DNA of 64,000 bases from Clostridia bacterium (GTDB taxonomy: Bacteria; Bacillota; Clostridia; Acetivibrionales; JAFADI01): positions 20,484-84,483 of the forward strand of contig JAOAAU010000147.1 of the NCBI GenBank assembly GCA_026418695.1. Direction: 5' to 3'. Position 1 is the stretch's first letter. Every line of letters starts with the position of its first letter. A program made the position numbers and the translations under genes. Positions 51,138 through 60,342 of the stretch are shown here, piece after piece. Under the pieces are notes generated by a model. The model was not told the DNA's origin. It worked only from the letters and a program-made list of their open reading frames with translations, and did no database searches.

Positions 51138-52649
51138 TTACACGATCTTATCATACGTCTGTTTGAATATCTCACCATCACAAATATAATAATCTTCCAG
51201 GCTGTTGATCAAAAGGTAATCCCCTCTCTTTCCAAGAAAATCACCCCATACCGTTCTTACCTTCACCTTTTCATAGAGCTTTACAGCATCCACCATGGAT
51301 TCTTCGACTGTCATGCAAATTTTAAATTCATGAATGTTATCCTTTGTGATTCTAAGCAGCATTGAATCCGATTGGATACTGACCCCGTACTCGTCCAAAT
51401 ATCCGTCTGAGAGGCATTTGGTATTTTTGTGATCTACAACTTGATACTTTTTCTCGAAGGTTTCAGAAGATATCGGCCAAATATCATTTTTCACCCCGAT
51501 GATCACTTTATCTTTTACCGATGCTGTTGCGGTTCCTTCCAGAGTCTTAACTGCAACATCCTCCTTAAAGTAATCCCTGATATCCAAGAAGCGGAGACAA
51601 ATCTTCTTTTTCTTTGCCCTAAATAATTTGTCCCTGCTAAAAATATCATAAGGATTGTCCTTCCCCGTTTGAAGCAGCCGAACCTCCCGGCAGTAATCGA
51701 TGATTTTCGTCCGGATCAGGATTCCAAGGGATACTCGCGGATGAACCTGCTCCAAGCGGTTTTTGACAATATATCCTCCGGCTTTGTTTTCATGTCCCCC
51801 TCCTGACCCAATTCCATCCGTCAGCTCCCTGACCAATTCCTCTGCAGTGAAATAATCATGATAGCTTCGGATAGACAGCTTACACCCATTGCTTCGTTGG
51901 GAGTAAGCAATCACTATATTGATCCCTTCGATCTCCATCAATAGATCGGAGATATGGCCCAGAAGGTTGTCATCACATTCTTCAATCCCTGAAAAAATAA
52001 TATTTTGATACCGTTCTGTTTTTAAAATACCTGAAGCATAAATCTTCAGATCTTCAAAGGACAAAGAGGAGAGTCGCAAATGATCAATGATATTTTTGTC
52101 ATACAGCGCTGTCAGTTCCTTTTTTGCATCCTCATCAAGGGTCGTCATCCTCCCGTTGAACATATCCGTATCCATAAATATCCCATAATACATCACGGTG
52201 GCCAAAGGCTGATCCAACCTGACTCCGAACTGCTTCAGGTAATTCAGCACCAGCGTGGTACAAGCCCCGATCCTTGGCTGGATATCCTCATAAATGTAAT
52301 CCTGCATGGCCTCTTTGATATGATGGTCAACCACAGCGATATTTTTTGCTACAACTTTATGTACATTTGCAGCTCCATACTGGCAATCCACATTGATTAA
52401 AAGTTCTTCTTCTCCAATCTCGTAGCCTTCGTTGATCAAAGTCATACGAATCCGGTAATCACTGAGGATTTTGCTGATATTGGGTTTAAAGGTATTGCTG
52501 CCATAATAGATAATTTCTGCTTCAGCGCCGAAGCTTTCCACCAGCTTCTTCATTCCCCAGGCGGATGCAATGGCATCCGCATCAGGATAGTTGTGAGGCT
52601 GTATATATACCTTTCGGAATCTTTCACATAAGTTTCTTATTTCGCCCAT
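51138..52649 (-). CDS. DHH/DHHA1 phosphoesterase with two C-terminal PGDYG-like modules
   Basis: HNYPDADA, NVD, VVDHH, GIFMDT and SGGGHENKAGG all intact. C-terminal repeats VKTLEG...DKVIIGV...WP...FEKKY and VRTVWG...GDYLL...YYI...FKQTY. RBS AAGGAG before ATG 52649 (503 aa). Confidence 0.85.
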   Translation of the reverse strand: MGEIRNLCERFRKVYIQPHNYPDADAIASAWGMKKLVESFGAEAEIIYYGSNTFKPNISKILSDYRIRMTLINEGYEIGEEELLINVDCQYGAANVHKVVAKNIAVVDHHIKEAMQDYIYEDIQPRIGACTTLVLNYLKQFGVRLDQPLATVMYYGIFMDTDMFNGRMTTLDEDAKKELTALYDKNIIDHLRLSSLSFEDLKIYASGILKTERYQNIIFSGIEECDDNLLGHISDLLMEIEGINIVIAYSQRSNGCKLSIRSYHDYFTAEELVRELTDGIGSGGGHENKAGGYIVKNRLEQVHPRVSLGILIRTKIIDYCREVRLLQTGKDNPYDIFSRDKLFRAKKKKICLRFLDIRDYFKEDVAVKTLEGTATASVKDKVIIGVKNDIWPISSETFEKKYQVVDHKNTKCLSDGYLDEYGVSIQSDSMLLRITKDNIHEFKICMTVEESMVDAVKLYEKVKVRTVWGDFLGKRGDYLLINSLEDYYICDGEIFKQTYDKIV

Positions 52650-52689
52650 GGTTGGTCTCCTTTGAGTATTGCTCCGGTAAATATTTTTC

Positions 52690-54417
52690 TTACTTAATAA
52701 TATAGGGATCCGATTCGCTTCCTTCACCAGATAACGATAATCCCGCAGGGTTCAGGTATAAGGCCGGCCGGACACCACCTCCCGCCATGGTTGCATAGTC
52801 AGTATATATCTCATCCCCGGCAGGAGCTACTATACACACGTCACTGGGACTGTCCCCCCGGGGTGTGCACAGCCACCACATGTGGTAACCTCCGTATTGG
52901 CCTTTAAGCTCCTTGTACCAATTTGATTTATCACGGTCAATGGCTTCCTTGGTGGGAGATGTTTTCAAATCCCATCCGCGGTCATAAAGATATTCCTCAG
53001 CTTCCTTTACCGACAGCAGGAACACTTTGTCCTGAATATTTTTGTAGAATGCCTGGTCATAATTGACTATGGCTTCTCCAACCGGCTCCTTAATCAATGA
53101 ATAGGAGGCAGAGCCTCCGTCCTTGCTCCCTTTTTCCGGTGAGGGCAAGAGTACCTTATGGCTGACTGGCTTGATCAGGCCTCTTTCCTTTTCAGAGAAG
53201 TTGTGCAGAAAGCCCGGCTCGTTCTCATATCCGTTCATGCCTCTGGCAACAGCAGCAGGTACCGGCGGCTGTGAATGGAAAGATACCCTCCGCTCTGTAC
53301 TGTTCAACCATTCTCTCAGATTGGAGTTTGCCCAGTAATTGCTCCCCTTCATTTTCCGAAGGTCTGTCTCTGAATAGTCGGTATAGACCTTGGACCGCTG
53401 CCGGTGGACATCAAACTCGATTCCTGTACCGGTTTTATTATAAGTTCCGCTCTCCGCAGCATCAAACGACTTCATCGTCAGGATCTTTGCAGCCAACAGC
53501 AAAGGGCTTCCTTTAGAATCTATATGGATGACTCTCCAATCAATCATTGCTCCGTTAAAAGTACCAAAGCGGATATATTCTCCGATTTTCAAGCTAGGTT
53601 TCTCATCCTGTAGGCTGGTTGTGCTTCCCTGCTTTACTTCTTCCCTGGATACCGCTTCCGTGCCCAACTCACTGGATTTGGAGTTATTCATTGGGCTGTT
53701 GTCTCCTGTATCCTGGTCCGAAGTTTCTTTGTCCAGTAATTTTTCTTCTGTCTTTCCATCAGTCCTCTTATTAGAAACGTCCTCCCCTGCAGGTTTCACC
53801 TGATCGTTGGGAGTCAGGCTTTTTTTCCCGCTGGATTCTATACTTCCAGTCGAAACCAGGTTGGCTTTTGCTGACTCCGTGCTCCGGTCATACCACTGGA
53901 AAACCCCGAAAGCGGTCATGGAAAGGGCAATTCCAGCCGCAAGGAACATGATATTCTTTATAATTGGGGATTTGGCCTTGGAAGCCGGAACTTTCCTATT
54001 ATTCTCCGTCTGATGTTGGGGAATCAGCTTACCCAGGGTATCCACCAGACATTCGATATGAGCCTCCATATCCGGAGTCAGTGCATCCAGCCAATGGGTG
54101 GAATACAAAAAATACTCCATGGACTTTGTAGGTACGACATCCTCAATTCGAAAGGGAACAATGATTACATTTTTATTGACCGCCCTTTCGACTTCACGGA
54201 GAACCTGCTGGGAACTGTTGGCTGCCGATGAAAAAATCAGAACCATAATCCGGCTTTGCCCGATCGCTTCGACAATGGCTTCTCCCCATTCTCTTCCCGG
54301 GATCACATCCCTTGGAGCAATCCAGCACCTGATTTTATTATTTTCCAGCGCTGAGCAAACAGCATCGGCAATATGCTTGTCTTTTGACGAATATGAAATA
54401 AATATGTCGTGTGCCAC
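52690..54417 (-). CDS. TIR domain - TM - low-complexity linker - DUF6273-like ectodomain protein
   Basis: HDIFISYSSKD...CWIAPRDV..G...VLREVERA (catalytic Glu); TM IMFLAAGIALSMTAFGVF; FGTFNG...WRVI...SNLREWLN...DKVFLLS...WWLCTP...GVRPAL. GTG start at 54417 with RBS GGGGGT. Confidence 0.85.
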   Translation of the reverse strand: MAHDIFISYSSKDKHIADAVCSALENNKIRCWIAPRDVIPGREWGEAIVEAIGQSRIMVLIFSSAANSSQQVLREVERAVNKNVIIVPFRIEDVVPTKSMEYFLYSTHWLDALTPDMEAHIECLVDTLGKLIPQHQTENNRKVPASKAKSPIIKNIMFLAAGIALSMTAFGVFQWYDRSTESAKANLVSTGSIESSGKKSLTPNDQVKPAGEDVSNKRTDGKTEEKLLDKETSDQDTGDNSPMNNSKSSELGTEAVSREEVKQGSTTSLQDEKPSLKIGEYIRFGTFNGAMIDWRVIHIDSKGSPLLLAAKILTMKSFDAAESGTYNKTGTGIEFDVHRQRSKVYTDYSETDLRKMKGSNYWANSNLREWLNSTERRVSFHSQPPVPAAVARGMNGYENEPGFLHNFSEKERGLIKPVSHKVLLPSPEKGSKDGGSASYSLIKEPVGEAIVNYDQAFYKNIQDKVFLLSVKEAEEYLYDRGWDLKTSPTKEAIDRDKSNWYKELKGQYGGYHMWWLCTPRGDSPSDVCIVAPAGDEIYTDYATMAGGGVRPALYLNPAGLSLSGEGSESDPYIIK

Positions 54418-54627
54418 TTTCAATACCCCCAAATGATGTAACAGACAGGCTTTATCCGTTTGTCATTTATTGCTTATCTTTGATAAATATGATAATTCTT
54501 TTTCTATCAAAAAATGTTTCTCATAGATACTAATTATACCAAAATATAACGAAAATGGTATTGATTAATTGAAAAATTTGTAATTACTTGTTGATTGTAG
54601 GTCTATAATTTCGCCAATCTGCACAAT

Positions 54628-54655
54628 AAAAAGCACAACAAACCAGTTGTGCTTT
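54628..54655 (-). terminator. Rho-independent terminator
   Basis: AAAGCACAAC...GTTGTGCTTT; separates the acyltransferase from the TIR operon. Confidence 0.7.
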
Positions 54656-54720
54656 CGAGGGTCTTTATTTATATTGGAAGATTGCCATCCTTTAAACATG
54701 TTCTATAAGCTTTGTAAGTA

Positions 54721-55842
54721 TTATAAAACTTTTTTCAGTGCAGGCATTTGTTTCAACATATATCCAACACTCCAAGACAGAATCATTCCAGTTAATATCT
54801 GCACAAGAAATTTTAAAACTACCGGCAAATGAACGTTTCTCGTTGCGTACAGCACTGCAAACGCAATATTCAAATGAACAATATAAGTACCGTAACTAAC
54901 ACTGGATATCTTCCTGACTATCGGATGATCCCCATGAAACACTCTTTGGAATACGCCCAACAATAAAAGAGTCCAAGAGAGAATAGAAATATTAAGCATT
55001 AATGCAACTGCCAGCTTTTCTACCGGTGTACCCGGACTGGTATGGAAAACAATCGCATATAGAACCGTATAGACCAAGATTGAAAATGTATAAAAAACGG
55101 CCCAGGGCGTAATTCCTGGCTTATATCCATCCGCTCTGAACCAGTTTCGTTGATGTGCATACATCCCAAATAAGAAATAGCATATGTATAAAGGCATTCC
55201 GACATTTTGGAAAGCAATGAAATAGGTTGAAGTCCAAGCAAAAGTACTGTAACGCAGATATACTATAAAATGCATACCTGTAGTGACCGCAATAAATAGA
55301 ACAAATAACCGCCATGAAGGCTTTTTATTCCTCTCTCTAAATGCTTTTCCTCTCACTTTGAGTATAGAAAAAATGAAAGCTGTTATGAAAGAAAAGTATA
55401 ATAATATTCCAAGAAACCACAAATGGGCATGGTTAAAAAACTCAGGCTTAAAGCCCTTGGAAACCCAAAAATCAAAATAGTTCATCCGTTGTCCAGAAGA
55501 GAGGTAGGCAGTATAACTTAAGCCTGGCACCAGAAAAACCAAGCCTAAAACCTGTGGTATTCCTAATCTGATGCATCGATCCGTTAAAAACTGCTTTACA
55601 CCCTTTTGTCGAATGGACGGTAACGTAAAATATCCTGCAATAAAGAACATTACCGCCATGAGAATAGGGCTGTCTAAAACGGTACAAATTATTCCAAACA
55701 GAGCGTTGTTTTCTTCCGGATTGTGTACCCAACCATAGATTTGGGGTTTAATATAGGATATTGCAGTATGTAGAACGATTACAAGAAAAATAATAAATGC
55801 ACGTAGCATGTCCAAAAACTGAATTCTATTGGATCCTTTCAT
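54721..55842 (-). CDS. Acyltransferase family 3 (OpgC/MdoC-like)
   Basis: RIQFLDMLRA...VIVLH, MFFIAGYF, HLWFL, SYGTYIVH; about 10 TM. Confidence 0.88.
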   Translation of the reverse strand: MKGSNRIQFLDMLRAFIIFLVIVLHTAISYIKPQIYGWVHNPEENNALFGIICTVLDSPILMAVMFFIAGYFTLPSIRQKGVKQFLTDRCIRLGIPQVLGLVFLVPGLSYTAYLSSGQRMNYFDFWVSKGFKPEFFNHAHLWFLGILLYFSFITAFIFSILKVRGKAFRERNKKPSWRLFVLFIAVTTGMHFIVYLRYSTFAWTSTYFIAFQNVGMPLYICYFLFGMYAHQRNWFRADGYKPGITPWAVFYTFSILVYTVLYAIVFHTSPGTPVEKLAVALMLNISILSWTLLLLGVFQRVFHGDHPIVRKISSVSYGTYIVHLNIAFAVLYATRNVHLPVVLKFLVQILTGMILSWSVGYMLKQMPALKKVL

Positions 55843-55959
55843 AGAGATTCTCCTATCGATATATGAATTTTTCAAGCTGTTACACTTTTAGGGAGAAAAC
55901 TATTTGAATTTTGTATTCCATTGAGTTACCTGATTGAAGCATGTTGATATCAATCCGGT

Positions 55960-56817
55960 TCAAATCGAAAAAGGAAATGTGGGATTATTTTCATTCAGGA
56001 TATCTTCCATCCGCTGTTTTATAGTCCCTTTAGCTTCTTTATGGGTGAAAATATAAAACTGTTTTCCTTGTATTCCTTGAAAGACCTGTTCAGCAACCTG
56101 TTCAGGAGGCATTCCCTTTGATACTCCTTCTCGAAGCATATGATCCATCATCTGCTTATGTGGAGTGATATTCATCGATGCATTAGGATTTCTCAGTTCC
56201 ATAGGACGGTTACGTTCAGAATCCATTAATCTGGTGCGGACAAAGCCAGGACAAAGAACGGAAACCCCAATGAGTGAATGAGCCAGCATAAGTTCATAGT
56301 AGAGCGTTTCAGAAAAACTCACAATCGCATGTTTTGTCATACTGTATATCCCATTCGCCGGACCGGATGTCAGACCGGCAATGGAAGAAGTATTCACTAT
56401 ATGGCATTCCTTGTTTTGCAGTAACATCTTAGGTACAAAGGTTTTTGTCGTATTGATCAAGCCCCAGAGATTTACCCCCATCACCCATTGCCAATCTTCC
56501 GTTGTACTTTCCCACAATAAAGAACCGCCAGCCACACCGGCATTGTTAAATAATAAGTGAACTTCTCCGAAAATCTCAAATGCTTTTTCAGTTAGGAACT
56601 CAACATCTTTTTCCTTGGAAACGTCACATTTAACAGAAAGTACATCTGCCCCCAAAGATCGAATTATCTTTTCTGCCCTATTTAAGGCCTCCTCCTCGAT
56701 ATCTGTAAGGACAACCTTCATACCTTCGTATGCACATCGTTCTGCGAAAGCCAAACCAATACCGCTGCCAGCCCCAGTAATTACTGCTACTTTGTTTTTA
56801 AATTCCCTCATTTTCAT
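55960..56817 (-). CDS. SDR family oxidoreductase
   Basis: TGAGSGIG, NNAG, YSMTK. Confidence 0.92.
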   Translation of the reverse strand: MKMREFKNKVAVITGAGSGIGLAFAERCAYEGMKVVLTDIEEEALNRAEKIIRSLGADVLSVKCDVSKEKDVEFLTEKAFEIFGEVHLLFNNAGVAGGSLLWESTTEDWQWVMGVNLWGLINTTKTFVPKMLLQNKECHIVNTSSIAGLTSGPANGIYSMTKHAIVSFSETLYYELMLAHSLIGVSVLCPGFVRTRLMDSERNRPMELRNPNASMNITPHKQMMDHMLREGVSKGMPPEQVAEQVFQGIQGKQFYIFTHKEAKGTIKQRMEDILNENNPTFPFSI

Positions 56818-56958
56818 ACCTCCTTTTTATTAAACAAGAATTAAGCAATGCAACCTTTTGCGAAGGATAGGAATTATCACAGGATGAGACTTGTAAAATC
56901 ACTTACCTCTTCACATGCTGCATCTAATCTAATTCTATATATCCCGGAGTTCTCTTTC

Positions 56959-57006
56959 ATCACCCGAAAGTATGAAAAAAAGGGTGATTCCCATCATCAC
57001 CCTTTT
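56959..57006. promoter_or_regulatory. ATCACCC/GGGTGAT repeats: terminator hairpin and possible LuxR-type operator
   Basis: ATCACCC at 56959 and 56996, GGGTGAT at 56982; AAAAGGGTGAT...ATCACCCTTTT forms a hairpin. Confidence 0.55.
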
Positions 57007-57018
57007 AGAAAAACAACC

Positions 57019-59697
57019 TTAAATCAGATTCAGTTCTCTTGCTTTTGCCAATGCCCCTGTTCTGCTGTGTACATCCAATTTTGTATAGATGTTCAACAGA
57101 TGCGTTTTAACCGTATTAATAGAAAGAAATAGCTTTTTAGAAATATCCGCATTCGTAGCTCCCTGTTCAATATACTGCAGAATTTCAATTTCCCTTGTAC
57201 TTAATAATTCCTCCGTCAAAGTCGTTTTATATTTCAAGTCTGCCTTAAAACCGTTGAGCAGGGTTTGAACATATTCAACTTGACCTACTTCCCATTCCAC
57301 ACCTTTATGTTTCTTAAGCTTTTTAATTTTTTCTTCCATCCAGATTCCTTCATCCAGGAAAACCCTCAACATCTTTGAGTGCCATGAAAGCTTAATTGCC
57401 TTATAGAGCTCATTCAACGTGATGTCCAAATCTCCAGTCAGATCATAGATCATTGAGCTCAAGATAAATATCTCCACTTCAAGGCCATAAAGCTTGTATT
57501 TTTTAGCTGTTTGATGAAGAATATCCAATGCTTCTCTGGCCTTTATAAAATCACGCTTGCAAATATATAGCCGGACCAGTATTAATCCAATATTGTGATA
57601 AATATTTAGGAATCCGTTCCCCATCAAGGGAACAATCTCCTCAAGCCATTTGGAAACCGGTTCTGTTACTCCTTTTCGGATGAATGTTTCCGCTCTGAGA
57701 ATCTCCATATTCATCCTTGTATCAAATAACCGGTTCTCTCTGACTCCTACTTCAAGCCTTTTAAGCGTGCTTGTATATTCCTTCTCCAATCCCATGGATA
57801 CATAAATTCTTGCCTGCATCAAATAATTTTCACAAACCGTCCAGCCATCCCCCACAGACTGCCCCAGTTCCAAACCCTTTCGAACCATCTCAAGTGCTTT
57901 TTCAAGCTCATTCCATTGGTGATAAACCTCTGCCAGGCCCGCATATATCAAGCCTGTTGCAGAAAATGAGCTTCCGTAATTCTTGGTAAGTCTCGAGATC
58001 AGCTGCAAGGCCTCTTGCTCTGCAAAAATATATTGTCCTCGCCACTTTCTTGATGTCATTAAAGCCTTTCCGGCTGTGACGGTGATATAATCATCACCAG
58101 TATCAGTACTGATGGAACAGCATTTTTCAAAACACCTTACTGCTTCATCCAGTTCCCCTTTTAAAAGGCAAGCACTTGCCAAATTAAAAGTAATCAGCTG
58201 CGCCAGAAAATCTTTAGGTTCCAAATACAGCAAAGCTAGTTTGCATTCATCAATGATCCGGTCAAGTTCATACGTTCCCATGAGATTTGTTGAGGTTATG
58301 GCTATAATCTCAGCCTCTATTCGATGTACTATCTGACTATGGCCGTTTCCCTTAGCAAGCTTCTTTCTAATCAAAGCGATATAAGAAGAAACTTCATCCA
58401 TTTTTCCCTCTGAACAATAAGCCCATGCACTATTCAAAATCAATCTTGAATTGTTTAAAACAACATTTTCGGGAAGCATTTGATTCCATCGGTGCAGCAG
58501 TTTGGCTTCTCCTTTGCAAAGGATCTCCCCGCTTACCTTGTCAATAAGTTGAACAGCTTTTTCAAACTTTTTCGCCTTGATATAGTTGACAACTGCCTTA
58601 CTCACTTGCTGCCTGCATTCATACCATTGGGCAGCCTTGTCATATAGCTGGTATTCCATCCCTTCATATTCTGTCTTCAACCTTGATACTAAAAAATTTC
58701 TGAATAAGTTATGTAAACGAAACCAGGTCTTCTCACTATCCAATCCCATTAGGAAAAGATTCATAGATTCTATCTTTTCAATCATTCCCCTGCTATTTTT
58801 AGTATTCATCAAATCATCACAAAGTTCGGCAGAAAACTGCTCAAGAACAGAAGAAAAAAGCAGAAAGCGCTTCACTTCCTCATCCAATCTGCAAAACACT
58901 TCGTCTGCCAGGTATTCAAACACAAAGCGGTGATTGCTGAACTGTTTCTCATCCAAAGCCGTCCCCTGTGAATTTTGAATGGACAATGCAGCTATTTGAA
59001 GCCCGGCAGCCCATCCTTCCGCTTCAGTCTTCAAATAGGATAGCTTTTCTTTAGGGAGATCAGTTCCCATTACTTTCGTTAAAAACTCTTGAGATTCTTC
59101 ACTCGTAAAGTTTAAATCAGTTTGATTAATTTCCAAAACACTATCGGATGCTCTCAACCGTGCGATACCCAAATCAGGAACGCTTCTGCTTGAAATCACC
59201 ATATGCATGTTTGGTGGCATATTTTTAAGTAAGAACCTCATTCCTTCCATAATTGCAGGATCATTCACCGCATGAAAGTCGTCAAGAATTATAATCAACT
59301 CAGTGTCCTGATTCGATACATCATTGATCAGATGTGAAATCCATCTTTTACATAAAGGATCTGACTTTGGGTAAAAGGAAGTCATCGTTTCAATAACTTT
59401 TTTTGCTTCATCGTTGATTTTATAAAACGACATCCCTACATAACTCCAAAAGAGTTCCGGGTTGTCATCATCTTCATCCAGGGATACCCAAGCCGTCATA
59501 AGGCCCTTTTTTTGTATCACATTCAGCCAGGATGCAAGCAAGGTCGTTTTGCCGAAACCCGCAGGAGCAGTGATCAGAACAAGACGGTAGTCAAGAACCC
59601 CATTTAGTTTTTCTTGCAAACGGGGACGCTTAACCAGCTTGGATCGTAAAGTAGGATAATTCATTTTTGTTTTAATCAATTGTGTTTCTTGAACCAT
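57019..59697 (-). CDS. MalT-like LuxR family regulator (STAND ATPase-TPR-HTH)
   Basis: APAGFGKTT, WVSLD, ILDDFH, EGWAAGL, LSTREIEIL...SINTVKTHL. Confidence 0.93.
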   Translation of the reverse strand: MVQETQLIKTKMNYPTLRSKLVKRPRLQEKLNGVLDYRLVLITAPAGFGKTTLLASWLNVIQKKGLMTAWVSLDEDDDNPELFWSYVGMSFYKINDEAKKVIETMTSFYPKSDPLCKRWISHLINDVSNQDTELIIILDDFHAVNDPAIMEGMRFLLKNMPPNMHMVISSRSVPDLGIARLRASDSVLEINQTDLNFTSEESQEFLTKVMGTDLPKEKLSYLKTEAEGWAAGLQIAALSIQNSQGTALDEKQFSNHRFVFEYLADEVFCRLDEEVKRFLLFSSVLEQFSAELCDDLMNTKNSRGMIEKIESMNLFLMGLDSEKTWFRLHNLFRNFLVSRLKTEYEGMEYQLYDKAAQWYECRQQVSKAVVNYIKAKKFEKAVQLIDKVSGEILCKGEAKLLHRWNQMLPENVVLNNSRLILNSAWAYCSEGKMDEVSSYIALIRKKLAKGNGHSQIVHRIEAEIIAITSTNLMGTYELDRIIDECKLALLYLEPKDFLAQLITFNLASACLLKGELDEAVRCFEKCCSISTDTGDDYITVTAGKALMTSRKWRGQYIFAEQEALQLISRLTKNYGSSFSATGLIYAGLAEVYHQWNELEKALEMVRKGLELGQSVGDGWTVCENYLMQARIYVSMGLEKEYTSTLKRLEVGVRENRLFDTRMNMEILRAETFIRKGVTEPVSKWLEEIVPLMGNGFLNIYHNIGLILVRLYICKRDFIKAREALDILHQTAKKYKLYGLEVEIFILSSMIYDLTGDLDITLNELYKAIKLSWHSKMLRVFLDEGIWMEEKIKKLKKHKGVEWEVGQVEYVQTLLNGFKADLKYKTTLTEELLSTREIEILQYIEQGATNADISKKLFLSINTVKTHLLNIYTKLDVHSRTGALAKARELNLI

Positions 59698-59875
59698 AAA
59701 AGCACATCCTGCTCACCGTTATATGTGTAATTATAGCATCTCTATCCAGACTTTTCTTCATAATACTTCAATTATGCCTATAATTCTACAAATCTTTGAC
59801 ACATTCCTTTTGTCATCGGCATAACTCCCGTTCATAATGAAAATACTAGAAAAAAAATGTTTAAGGAGTATTTCG

Positions 59876-60286
59876 ATGGATGATGACAATAAAAACTTCA
59901 GAGACAATGAAATTCCTTCAAACAGACCCTCCGCCGATGGAACGATAGGTTATGACAGTTTCAGAATCCCCTTGTGGTTTATCAAGACCCGGAATGCCAT
60001 CAACTATGTCCTCGGGCTGATTGAGGTACTGCTTGCATTCCGATTCCTGTTTATGCTCCTTGGTGCAAATCCGCGCAGTGGGTTTGTTTCATTTCTCTAT
60101 ACGGTTACAGGGATTTTTGTTTCTCCTTTTACCGGAATCTTTAATTCTTTCACCACCGGGGGTCTTGCTGCAAGGTCTGTTTTTGATCCGGCTACCCTCA
60201 TCGGAATGATTGTGTATGCGGTTATCGCGTGGGGATTGGTAAGCCTGATCCGTATCAAAGCATTGAGAGACGGAAAATATGACTAA
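59876..60286 (+). CDS. YggT-like membrane protein
   Basis: EVLLAFRFLFMLLGANP...VSPFTGIF...LIGMIVY; RBS AAGGAG. Confidence 0.75.
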   Translation: MDDDNKNFRDNEIPSNRPSADGTIGYDSFRIPLWFIKTRNAINYVLGLIEVLLAFRFLFMLLGANPRSGFVSFLYTVTGIFVSPFTGIFNSFTTGGLAARSVFDPATLIGMIVYAVIAWGLVSLIRIKALRDGKYD

Positions 60287-60342
60287 ATTTTAAAATCACG
60301 GTAATAATTTACCTATGGTGATATTAAAAGGAGGTTTATAAC

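Noticed and set aside
52845-52862. GGGACTGTCCCC resembling the element end
   Set aside because: Short match inside coding sequence with no partner arm; chance.
52690-52900. Diversity-generating retroelement targeting the DUF6273-like tail
   Set aside because: No reverse transcriptase, Avd gene or second copy of this region seen in the window; action in trans cannot be excluded.
51138-54417. Canonical Thoeris, CBASS or Pycsar call
   Set aside because: No SIR2/SLOG/Macro ThsA, CD-NTase or pyrimidine cyclase gene is present, and the TIR is membrane-anchored.
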